Assembly (NCBI GenBank): GCA_964016885.1
Contig: OZ024744.1
Coordinates: 117,056,001 to 117,120,000 of the forward strand
Direction of reading: 5' to 3'
Source of the DNA: Eledone cirrhosa
Lineage: Eukaryota
Length of the DNA: 64,000 nt
Shown here one piece after another: positions 13,701 to 27,300 of this stretch; positions within the stretch are counted from its first letter, which is position 1, and each line of letters opens with the position of its first letter. Both the position numbers and the translations under genes were made by a program. Under the pieces are notes generated by a model that saw only the letters and a program-made list of their open reading frames with translations, was not told the DNA's origin and did not search any database.

Positions 13701-16700
13701 CACAGTCACACATACAACACAGTCACACATACAACACTGTCACACATACAACACAGTCACACGTACAACACTGTCACACATACAACACTGTCACACATAC
13801 AAAACAGTCACACATACAACTCAGTCACACATAGAACACGGTCACACATACAACACTCACATATACAACAGTCACACATACAACACAGTCACACATAGAA
13901 CAATGTCACACATACAACACTGTCACACATACAACACAGTCACACATACAACACTGTCACACATACAACACTGCCACACATACAACACAGTCACACATAC
14001 AACACTCTCACACATACAACAATGTCACACATACAATACTGTCACGCATACAACAGTCACGCATACAACACAGTCACGCATACAACGCAGTCACACATAC
14101 AACACAGTCACACATACAACACAGTCACACATACAACGCAGTCACACATACAACGCAGTCACACATACAACACTGTCACACACACAACACACTCACACAC
14201 AAACAACAATGTCACGCATACAACAATGTCACACTTACAACAATGTCACACTTACAACACAGTCACATATACAACACTGTCACACACACAACACACTCAC
14301 ACATACAACAATGTCACACATACAACAATATCACGCATACAACAATGTCACACATACAACACTCACACATTCAACACTGTCACACATACAACAATGTCAC
14401 ACATACAACACTGTCACACATACAACACTGTCACACATGCAACAGTTACACATACAACACTGTCACATATACAACACTGTCACACATACAACACTGTCAC
14501 ACATACAATAATGTCACACATACAACACTGTCACACATACAACACAGTCATACATACAACACTGTCACACATACAACACTGTCACACGTACAACACAGTC
14601 ACACATACAACACAGTCACACATACAACACAGTCACACATACAACACAGTCACACATACAACACAGTCACGCATACAACACAGTCACACATACAACACTG
14701 TCACACATACAACACTGTCACACATACAACACTGTCACACATACAACACTGTCACACACACAACACACTCACACACATACAACACTGTCACACATACAAC
14801 AGTTACACATACAACACTGTCACATATACAACACTATCACACATACAACACTGTCACACATACAATAATGTCACACATACAATAATGTCACACATACAAC
14901 ACTGTCACACACAACACTGTCACACATACAACACAGTCACACATACAACACTGTCACACATACAACACTGTCACACATACAACACTGCCACACATACAAC
15001 ACAGTCACACACACAACAGTCACACATACAACACTGTCACACATACAATAATGTCACACATACAACACTGTCACACATACAACAGTTACACATACAACAG
15101 TCACACATACAACAATGTCACACATATAACACTGTCACTCATACAACACTGTCACACATACAATAATGTCACACATACAACACTGTCACAAATACAACAC
15201 TGTCACAAATACAACACTGTCACACATACAACACTGTCACACATACAATAATGTCACACATACAACACTGTCACACATACAACAGTCACACATACAACAC
15301 TGTCACACATACACCACAGTCACACATACAACACAGTCACACATACAACACAGTCACACATACAACACTGTCACACATACAACACAGTCACACATACAAC
15401 ACTGTCACACATACAACACTGTCACACATACAACACTGTCACACACATACAACACTGTCACACATACAACAGTCACACTCACACAGACATATATACATAC
15501 ACACTCACACATACAACACACTCACACATACAACACTGTCACACATACAACACAGTCACACATACAACACAGTCACACATACAACACAGTCACACATACA
15601 ACAGTCACACATACAACACAGTCACACATACAACACTGTCACACATACAATAATGTCACACATACAACACTGTCACACATACAACACTGTCACACATGCA
15701 ACAGTTACACATACAACACTGTCACATATACAACACTGTCACACATACAACAGTGTCACACATACAATAATGTCACACATACAACACTGTCACACATACA
15801 ACAGTCATACATACAACACTGTCACACATACAACACAGTCACACATACAACACAGTCACACATACAACACAGTCACACATACAACACAGTCACACATACA
15901 ACACAGTCACACATACAACACTGTCACACATACAACACAGTCCCACATACAACACTGTCACGCATACAACACAGTCACACATACAACACAGTCACACATA
16001 CAACACTGTCACACATACAACACTGTCACACATACAACACTGTCACACACACAACACACTCACACACATACAACACTGTCACACATACAACAGTTACACA
16101 TACAACACTGTCACATATACAACACTATCACACATACAACACTGTCACACATACAACACTGTCACACATACAATAATGTCACACATACAACACTGTCACA
16201 CACATACAACACTCACACACACACACATACAACACTGTCACACATATAATGTCACACATACAACACTGTCACACATACAACAGTCACACATACAACAGTC
16301 ACACATACAACAATGTCACACATACAACACTGTCACACATACAACACTGTCACACATACAATAATGTCACACATACAACACCGTCACAAATACAACACTG
16401 TCACAGATACAACACTGTCACACATACAACACATTCACACATACAACACAGTCACACATACAACACAGTCACACATACAACAGTCACACATACAACAGTC
16501 ACACATACAACAGTCACACATACAACACAGTCACACTTACAAAACTGTCACATATACAACAGTCACACATACAACACAGTCACACATACAACAATGTCAC
16601 ACATACAATAATGTCACACATACAACACTGTCACACATACAACACAGTCACACATACAACACAGTCACACATACAACATTGTCACACATACAACACAGTC

Positions 16701-19048
16701 ACACATACAACACTGTCACACATACAATAATGTCACACATACAACATTGTCACACATACAACAGTCACACATACAACACTGTCACACTTACAACACAGTC
16801 ACACATACAACACTGTAACACATACAACACTGTAACACATACAACACTGTCACACATACAACACAGTCACACATACAACACTGTCACACATACAACACAG
16901 TCACACATACAACACAGTCACACATACAACACTATCACACATACAACACAGTCACACATACAACACAGTCACACATACAACACAGTCACACATACAACAC
17001 AGTCACACATACAACACAGTCACACATACAACACAGTCACACATACAACACAGTCACACATACAACACAGTCACACATACAACACAGTCACACATACAAC
17101 ACAGTCACACATACAACACAGTCACACATACAACACAGTCACACATACAACACTGTCACACATACAACACTGTCACACATACAACACTGTCACACATACA
17201 ACACTGTCACACATACAACACTGTCACACATACAACACTGTCACACATACAACAGTCACACTCACACAGACATATATACATACACACTCACACATACAAC
17301 ACAGTCACACATACAACACTGTCACACATACAACACAGTCACACATACAACACAGTCACACATACAACAGTCACACATACAACAGTCACACATACAACGC
17401 AGTCACACATACAACACTGTCACATATACAACAGTCACACATACAACGCAGTCACACATACAACACTGTCACATATACAACAGTCACACATACAACACAG
17501 TCACACATACAACAATGTCACACATACAACACTGTCACACATACAATAATGTCACACATACAACACTGTCACACATACAACAGTCGCACATACAACACAG
17601 TCACACATACAACACAGTCACACATACAACACAGTCACACATACAACACAGTCTCACATACAACAGTCACACATACAACGCAGTCACACATACAACACTG
17701 TCACATATACAACAGTCACACATACAACACTGTCACACATACAATAATGTCACACATACAATAATGTCACACATACAACACTGTCACACATACAACAGTC
17801 ACACATACAACACTGTCACACATACAACACTGTCACACCTACAACACAGTCACACCTACAACACAGTCACACATACAATAATGACACACATACAACACTG
17901 TCACACATACAACACAGTCACACATACAACACAGTCACACATACAACACTGTCACATATACAACAGTCACACATACAACACAGTCACACATACAACAATG
18001 TCACACATACAACACTGTTACACATACAATAATGTCACACATACAACAGTCGCACATACAACACAGTCACACATACAACACTGTCACACATACAACAGTG
18101 TCACACCTACAACACAGTCACACATACAATAATGTCACACATACAACACTGTCACACATACAACAGTCGCATATACAACACAGTCACACATACAACACAG
18201 TCACACGTACAACACAGTCACACGTACAACACAGTCACACATACAACACAGTCACACATACAACACTGTCACACATACAACACTGTCACACATACAACAC
18301 AGTCACACATACAACACTGTCACACATACAACACTGTCACACATACAACAGTCACACATACAACACTGTCACACCTACAACACAGTCACACATACAACAC
18401 TGTCACACATACAACAGTCACACATACAACACAGTCACACATACAACAGTCACACATACAATACAGTCACACATACAACATTGTCACACATACAACACAG
18501 TCACCCATACAACACAGTCACACATACAACAGTCACACATACAACACAGTCACACATACAACACTGTCACACATACAACACTGTCACCATACAACACAGT
18601 CACACATACAACAGTCACACATACAACACTGTCACACATACAACACTGTCACACATACAACACTGTCACACATACAACACTGTCACACATACAACACTGT
18701 CACACATACAACAGTCACACATACAACACTGTCACACATACAACACAGTCACACATACAACACTGTCACACATACAACACTGTCACACATACAACACAGT
18801 CACACATACAACACAGTCACACATACAATACTGTCACACATACAACAGTCACACATACAACAGTCACACTCACACAGACATATATACATACACACTCACA
18901 CATAGTCACTCACACTCTCACACACACACACACAGTCTCTCTCTCACACACATCCATTCACACTCACTCACATATACTCACATATTCATAGTCACACACA
19001 CATACACATTTACACACACTCACACACATTCATTCACTCACTCACACA
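7780..19048. repeat. ~11.2-kb satellite, 17-bp unit tgtcacacatacaacac (agtc, aataat and 15-bp variants)
   Basis: 17-aa periodicity of the spurious ORFs (HIQHCHTYNTVTHTTLS = 3 units); grades into (CA)n at both ends. Confidence 0.98.
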
Positions 19049-19216
19049 TGACTGAGTTGAATTCTGGAATAGCAGTCTTCCAAACTTATTAAAGTACACT
19101 CCAGTCCTGTACTTTATCATGGAGTACACTCCAGACCTGTGTGTAGCCTGTACTTTATCGTGATAGTGTATTTTAATACTATATAATATGTACTTTATCA
19201 TAATCAACTATTTACT

Positions 19217-19981
19217 TTAACCCTTTAGTTACCAACCCAGCCAAAACCAGCTCTGGTTCTATCAAATAAAACCTCCCATTATAAAGAGTCCCTATTTAAC
19301 CCTTTAGTTACCAACCCAGCCAAAACCAGCTCTGGTTCTATCAAATAAAACCTCCCATTATAAAGAGTCCCTATTTAACCCTTTAGTTACCAACCCAGCC
19401 AAAACCAGCTCTGGTTCTATCAAATAAAACCACCCATTATAAAGAGTTCCTATTTAACCCTTTAGTAACCAACCCAGCCAAAACCAGCTCTGGTTCTAAC
19501 AAATAAAACCACATATTTTAAAGAATTTCCTATTTAAATTCAAATCTTCCAATAAAATTTTATATAAGAACCTTACATTTATTTACCATCTTAGTAATGA
19601 AATCATTTTAGTAAATCCCTCAATATTCTTCATTAATTAATTAAAATAGAGTGTATTTCATTAGAAATGTGGTCATGAAAGGGTTAAGTTACTATCACAG
19701 TAATGAAATAATTTATAACTTTAGTAAATCCCTCAAAATTCTTCATTATACGCCATATTTTCCGGTGCCGAAGACACTTCATCCTCGAGGGCACACTCTG
19801 ATTTTGACAACCAGAAATTTGAAAAAAGAATAATAATGATAAATGCAACCTTCGGCCTCCGAGACGCATGGTAGATTTTTGAGACTTATTTTAGGGGAAA
19901 AAATTAGCTTCTTCGATGCTGGGAAATATGGTAATTGAAATAAAGGGTATTTCATTTGAAATGTGGTCATGAAAGGGTTAA
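19217..19981. mobile_element. TTAA-flanked (piggyBac-like) MITE with left end repeated 4x (79-bp unit), duplicated right end and a nested MITE
   Basis: ttaaccctttagt at 19217/19296/19375/19454; ggtcatgaaagggttaa ending at 19687 and 19981. Confidence 0.75.
19749..19933. mobile_element. pogo/mariner-like MITE, same family as 6802..6971
   Basis: TIRs ccatattttccggtgccgaaga ... tcttcgatgctgggaaatatggta; internal sequence is the reverse complement of the 6802 copy. Confidence 0.75.
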
Positions 19982-20364
19982 AGAAGTCTTAAGACATTTT
20001 AAACCCTACAAATTTTATAAAACAGATTTTTTTTTTTTTTTTTTAACCTTTAGTAGGAAACAATTTGTTTTAGTTTAACTTTCAACATCAATGTATATAA
20101 ATTTAAAGCAATATAAACCCTTTATAGCACCAACCACTTAACTTTAAACATTACATTCAATTACCCAGTGCATTAAAGTACCAGTAATGCACTGGGTATT
20201 TGCCAAAAATAGAAACAATTATCATATTTCTTTTGAAATAGACTGCTTTCAATTTTTAATTATTTTCGAAAAATATCAAAAATTTTGAGGGATTGATTTA
20301 ATACTTTTTCATTATTAAGCTGGTGTTTGGAACATAATTTCACAAAGGTTATTTTATAAAACTA

Positions 20365-22810
20365 TCTGGGAAATGGTACCACAAGGGTTAGAAGGAGAGT
20401 GGGTCTTAATCGATCACACCATAACTAGATGGTACAACAAGGGTTAGAACGACAGTAGTTCTTATTCTATTACAATATCTGGGAGATGGTACGACAAGGA
20501 TTAGAAGGAGAGTAGGTTTTATTCTATCACAATAACTGGGAGATGGTACGACAAGGGTTAGAACAATAGTAGGTCTTATTCTATCACAATAACTGGGAGA
20601 TGGTACGACAAGAGTTAGAACAATAGTAGGTCTTATTCTATCACAATAACTGGGAGATGGTACGACAAGAGTTAGAAGGAGAGTAGGTCTTATTCTATCA
20701 CAATAACTGGGAGATGGTACGACAAGGGTTAGAACAATAGTAGGTCTTATTCTATCACAATAACTGGGAGATGGTACGACAAGAGTTAGAACAATAGTAG
20801 GTCTTATTCTATCACAATAACTGGGAGATGGTACGACAAGAGTTAGAAGGAGAGTAGGTCTTATTCTATCACAATAACTGGGAGATGGTATGACAAGAGT
20901 TAGAAGGAGAGTAGGTCTTATTCTATCACAATAACTGGGAGATGGTACGACAAGAGTTAGAACAATAGTAGGTCTTATTCTATCACAATAACTGGGAGAT
21001 GGTATGACAAGAGTTAGAAGGAGAGTAGGTCTTATTCTATCACAATAGCTGGGAGATGGTACGACAAGAGTTAGAAGGAGAGTAGGTCTTATTCTATCAC
21101 AATAGCTGGGAGATGGTATGACAAGGGTTAGAACAATAGTAGGTCTTATTCTATCACAATAGCTGGGAGATGGTACGACAAGGGTTAGAACAATAGTAGG
21201 TCTTATTCTATCACAATAGCTGGGAGATGGTACGACAAGGGTTAGAACAATAGTAGGTCTTATTCTATCACAATAACTGGGAGATGGTACGACAAGGGTT
21301 AGAACAATAGTAGGTCTTATTCTATCACAATAGCTGGGAGATGGTATCCCAAGGGTTAGAAGGAGAGTAGATCTTATTCTATCACAATAACTGGGAGATG
21401 GTACGACAAGAGTTAGAAGGAGAGTAGGTCTTATTCTATCACAATAACTGGGAGATGGTATGACAAGAGTTAGAAGGAGAGTAGGTCTTATTCTATCACA
21501 ATAGCTGGGAGATGGTACGACAAGAGTTAGAAGGAGAGTAGGTCTTATTCTATCACAATAGCTGGGAGATGGTATGACAAGGGTTAGAACAATAGTAGGT
21601 CTTATTCTATCACAATAGCTGGGAGATGGTACCCCAAGGGTTAGAAGGAGAGTAGGTCTTATTCTATCACAATAACTGGGAGATGGTATGACAAGAGTTA
21701 GAAGGAGAGTAGGTCTTATTCTATCACAATAACTGGGAGATGGTATGACAAGAGTTAGAAGGAGAGTAGGTCTTATTCTATCACAATAACTGGGAGATGG
21801 TACGACAAGGGTTAGAACAATAGTAGGTCTTATTCTATCACAATAGCTGGGAGATGGTACGACAAGAGTTAGAAGGAGAGTAGGTCTTATTCTATCACAA
21901 TAGCTGGGAGATGGTATGACAAGGGTTAGAACAATAGTAGGTCTTATTCTATCACAATAGCTGGGAGATGGTACGACAAGAGTTAGAAGGAGAGTAGGTC
22001 TTATTCTATCACAATAACTGGGAGATGGTATGACAAGAGTTAGAAGGAGAGTAGGTCTTATTCTATCACAATAGCTGGGAGATGGTACGACAAGGGTTAG
22101 AACAATAGTAGGTCTTATTCTATCACAATAGCTGGGAGATGGTACGACAAGGGTTAGAACAATAGTAGGTCTTATTCTATCACAATAGCTGGGAGATGGT
22201 ACGACAAGGGTTAGAACAATAGTAGGTCTTATTCTATCACAATAGCTGGGAGATGGTATCCCAAGGGTTAGAAGGAGAGTAGATCTTATTCTATCACAAT
22301 AACTGGGAGATGGTACGACAAGAGTTAGAAGGAGAGTAGGTCTTATTCTATCACAATAACTGGGAGATGGTATGACAAGAGTTAGAAGGAGAGTAGGTCT
22401 TATTCTATCACAATAGCTGGGAGATGGTACGACAAGAGTTAGAAGGAGAGTAGGTCTTATTCTATCACAATAGCTGGGAGATGGTATGACAAGGGTTAGA
22501 ACAATAGTAGGTCTTATTCTATCACAATAGCTGGGAGATGGTACCCCAAGGGTTAGAAGGAGAGTAGGTCTTATTCTATCACAATAACTGGGAGATGGTA
22601 TGACAAGAGTTAGAAGGAGAGTAGGTCTTATTCTATCACAATAACTGGGAGATGGTATGACAAGAGTTAGAAGGAGAGTAGGTCTTATTCTATCACAATA
22701 ACTGGGAGATGGTACGACAAGGGTTAGAACAATAGTAGGTCTTATTCTATCACAATAGCTGGGAGATGGTACGACAAGGGTTAAAACAATAGTAGGTCTT
22801 ATTCTATCAA
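20365..22810. repeat. 57-bp satellite (~43 units) with a 912-bp higher-order duplication
   Basis: 19-aa period in the minus-strand ORF; rare variants recur 912 bp apart. Confidence 0.97.
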
Positions 22811-22899
22811 ACCCTAACTTTATCAATAACAACTTAACCATAGATATCTACTGGAGATAATTTCTAGAAAAACAAAAAAAACTGTTTTATTGTTTTGCT

Positions 22900-23105
22900 A
22901 GGATTGGCAGTATCGGTAGAGGGTCGGACACTATGCTTTGCAGATGCCGTTTATGATCTGAATTCAAATCCCGCTGAGGTTAACTTTGCCTTTCATCCTT
23001 GCAGGGGTCGATAAAATAAAGTACCAGTAATGTACTGGGTCGATTTAATCGACTTTCCCCTCCCCCAAAATTGCTGGCCTTGTACCTATATAAGAAACCA
23101 TTATT
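22900..23105 (+). mobile_element. tRNA-derived SINE, family A
   Basis: gaattcaaatccc B-box-like motif, conserved central domain, ends gctggccttgtacctatataagaaacc. Confidence 0.85.
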
Positions 23106-24329
23106 TTGCTACCTTTGAAATTCATTTCTAATAAATACACTCTGTCTGTCTGTCTGACTGGCTGTCAGGCAGACATATGCAACTAATGGCTTAACCTTTA
23201 GGATGCTGAAGTTTTTTATGAATTGTTTCTCTTGAGATTGCATTATGAATTAAGGGGAGATCACTCTATCGGCAACTTATGTCAACGACAGCTTCCAGAA
23301 GATTAATAAACTCACCAAATATATTAGGATACTCTCAGGTCTCAAATATTCCCCCTTACCTCTTATTAAATGTTGCTAATCTATTTCCTATCATGTTGCT
23401 AAATATTATTTTAAGTGGTATCCTTCCTCTGACAATTAATTTTCTTTAGACATTAAACAACATTATACATGACAAACAAATACATTAAAAGAAATCCCAT
23501 ATGTTATAAAGTATATATGATGGGTTGGGGTCTCAAAATGTAAACTAAACGACTAATTCTGGTTTTAAAACAAACCATTGGGGACAACCTAGAGAAATTA
23601 CTGACCCACCTCTCCCTCTGCTTATCCCAAACAACTCCCTTTTATTTGGGAACCGAAAGTAAATGAAATGGCTGTTCCAATTTGCATATTTTTAAGGGGC
23701 TCATTAGTGACTAAGTGTAGATAATTACCTCCTGGATAGGATGTCAGTCTGTCACACAGTTAACTTTCCCTCCTCTATCACTGCTGCTGTTACTTACAAA
23801 AATGAGAACTGGAGCACCCTGAAATGAAAAGTCTTGCTCAATGAAACAATGTGTTGCCTGGTCTGGAAATCAAACCCCTAAACTTTACTATCATGACCCC
23901 TTCCTCCCCCTCCTGATTATTAGGCCATGTGTCTTCATTAGTGTTTATGTTGATGATGATGATAGCTGTGTATGTTGGTTCTGTGTCTTTATCGACAGGG
24001 GGGGGCGGCATCTTTTACTCTCAATTAAAAACCAAAACTAGAGCAGTGTTGCCAAGCAACATAATAGGTAAATATAGGAGGGGGAAGTGAGGAGGAGGAA
24101 CATGATAGGTAAATATAAGGAGGAAAAGGGCAATATGCGAGGTAAATATGCTAGGAGGGGGGAGGAGGAAGGTAAGGGGTAGGGCCTAATTACGTTAGGT
24201 GGTGCCGTTCTTTGAAAATGTCAGAAGTAAAAGACTTGAAGTAATTCCTGGTAGAGACAGATGTTTAAAGTAAACATGGAACATTCTAGAGAAGGTAACC
24301 CCTCCAGCACACCACACTACACCACACCA

Positions 24330-27300
24330 CTCCACCTTCACATATATACAGGTAGAACAGATACACCAAACCACCCCTCCACTCCTACACCACACCACCC
24401 CTAAACCAAACCACCCCTCCACCATTCCACTCCTACACCTTCACATATATACAGGTAGAACAGACCCCTCCCTCCACCACACCACTCCCTCCACTACACC
24501 ACTCCCTCCACCACACCACTCCCTCTACCACACCACTCCATACAAGTAGAACAGACCCCTCCCTCCACCACACCACTCCATACAGGTAGAACAGACCCCT
24601 CCCTCCACCACTCCATACAGGTAGAACAGACCCCTCCCTCCACCACACCACTCCATACAAGTAGAACAGACCTCTCCCTCCACCACACCACTCCATACAG
24701 GTAGAACACACCCCTCCCTCCACATCACCACTCCATACAGGTAGAACAGACCCCTCCCTCCACCACACCACTCCCTCCACTACACCACTCCCTCTACCAC
24801 ACCACTCCATACAAGTAGAACAGACCCCTCCCTCCACCACACCACTCCATACAGGTAGAACAGACCCCTCCCTCCACCACACCACTCCATACAAGTAGAA
24901 CAGACCCCTCCCTCCACCACACCACTCCATACAGGTAGAACAGACCCCTCCCTCCACCACTCCATACAGGTAGAACAGACCCCTCCCTCCACCACACCAC
25001 TCCTTACAAGTAGAACAGACCCCTCCCTCCACCACACCACTCCATACAGGTAGAACACACCCCTCCCTCCACATCACCACTCCATACAGGTAGAACAGAC
25101 CCCTCCCTCCACCACACCACTCCATACAGGTAGAACAGACCCCTCCCTCCACCACACCACTCCATACAGGTAGAACAGACCCCTCCCTCCACCACACCAC
25201 TCCATACAGGTAGAACACACCCCTCCCTCCACATCACCACTCCATACAGGTAGAACAGACCCCTCCCTCCACCACACCACTCCATACAAGTAGAACACAC
25301 CCCTCCCTCCACATCACCACTCCATACAGGTAGAACAGACCCCTCCCTCCACCACACCACTCCATACAGGTAGAACAGACCCCTCCCTCCACCACACCAC
25401 TCCATACAGGTAGAACACACCCCTTCCTCCACATCACCACTCCATACAGGTAGAACAGACCCCTCCCTCCACCACACCAATCCATACAGGTAGAACAGAC
25501 CCCTCCCTCCACCACACCACTCAGGTAGAACAGACCCCTCCCTCCACCACACCACTCCATACAGGTAGAACACACCCCTCCCTCCACCACACCACTCCAT
25601 ACAAGTAGAACAGACCCCTGCCTCCACCACACCACTCCATACAAGTAGAACAGACCCCTCCCTCCACATCACCACTCCATACAGGTAGAACACACCCCTC
25701 CCTCCACCACACCACTCCATACAAGTAGAACAGACCCCTCCCTCCACCACACCACTCCATACAAGTAGAACAGACCCCTCCCTCCACCACACCACTCCAT
25801 ACAGGTAGAACACACCACTCCCTCCACCACACCACTCCATACAAGTAGAACAGACCCCTCCCTCCACCACACCACTCAGGTAGAACAGACCCCTCCCTCC
25901 ACCACACCACTCCATAGAGGTAGAACACACCCCTCCCTCCACCACACCACACCATACAGGTAGAACAGACCCCTCCCTCCACCACACCACACCATACAGG
26001 TAGAACAGACCCCTCCCTCCACCACACCACTCCATACAGGTAGAACAGACCCCTCCCTCCACCACACCACTCCATACAGGTAGAACACACCCCTCCCTCC
26101 ACCACACCACACCATACAGGTAGAACAGACCCCTCCCTCCACCACACCACTCCATACAAGTAGAACAGACCCCTCCCTCCACCACACCACTCCATACAAG
26201 TAGAACAGACCCCTCCCTCCACATCACCACTCCATACAGGTAGGACAGACCCCTCCCTCCACCACACCACTCAGGTAGAACAGACCCCTCCCTCCACCAC
26301 ACCACTCCATAGAGGTAGAACACACCCCTCCCTCCACCACACCACTCCATACAGGTAGAACAGACCAGTCCCTCCACCACACCACTCCATACAGGTAGAA
26401 CAGACCCCTCCCTCCACCACACCACTCCATACAGGTAGAACAGACCCCTCCCTCCACCACACCACTCCATACAGGTAGAACAGACCCCTCCCTCCACCAC
26501 ACAACTCCATACAGGTAGAACACACCCCTCCCTCCACCACACCACACCATACAGGTAGAACAGACCCCTCCCTCCACCACACCACTCCATACAGGTAGAA
26601 CAGACCCCTCCCTCCACCACACCACTCCATACAGGTAGAACAGACCCCTATCTCCACCACTCCATACAGGTAGAACAGACCCCTCCCTCCACCACACAAC
26701 TCCATACAGGTAGAACAGACCCCTCCCTCCACCACACCACTCCATACAGGTAGAACACACCCCTCCCTCCACCACACCACACCATACAGGTAGAACAGAC
26801 CCCTCCCTCCACCACACCACTCCATACAGGTAGAACAGACCCCTCCCTCCACCACACCACTCCATACAGGTAGAACAGACCCCTCCCTCCACCACACCAC
26901 TCCATACAGGTAGAACAGACCCCTCCCTCCACCACACCACTCCATACAGGTAGAACAGACCCCTCCATCCACATCACCACTCCATACAGGTAGAACAGAC
27001 CCCTCCCTCCACCACACCACACCATACAGGTAGAACACACCCCTCCCTCCACCACACCCCTCCATACAAGTAGAACAGACCCCTCCCTCCACCACACCAC
27101 TCCATACAAGTAGAACAGACCCCTCCCTCCACCACACCACTCCATAGAGGTAGAACACACCCCTCCCTCCACCACACCACTCCATACAAGTAGAACAGAC
27201 CCCTCCCTCAACCACACCACTCCATACAGGTAGAACAGACCTCTCCCTCCACCACACCACTCCATACAGGTAGAACAGACCCCTCCCTCCACCACACCAC

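Noticed and set aside
7833-19092. Long His/Thr-rich ORFs (up to 604 aa)
   Set aside because: Translations of a stop-poor 17-bp satellite, open in all three frames
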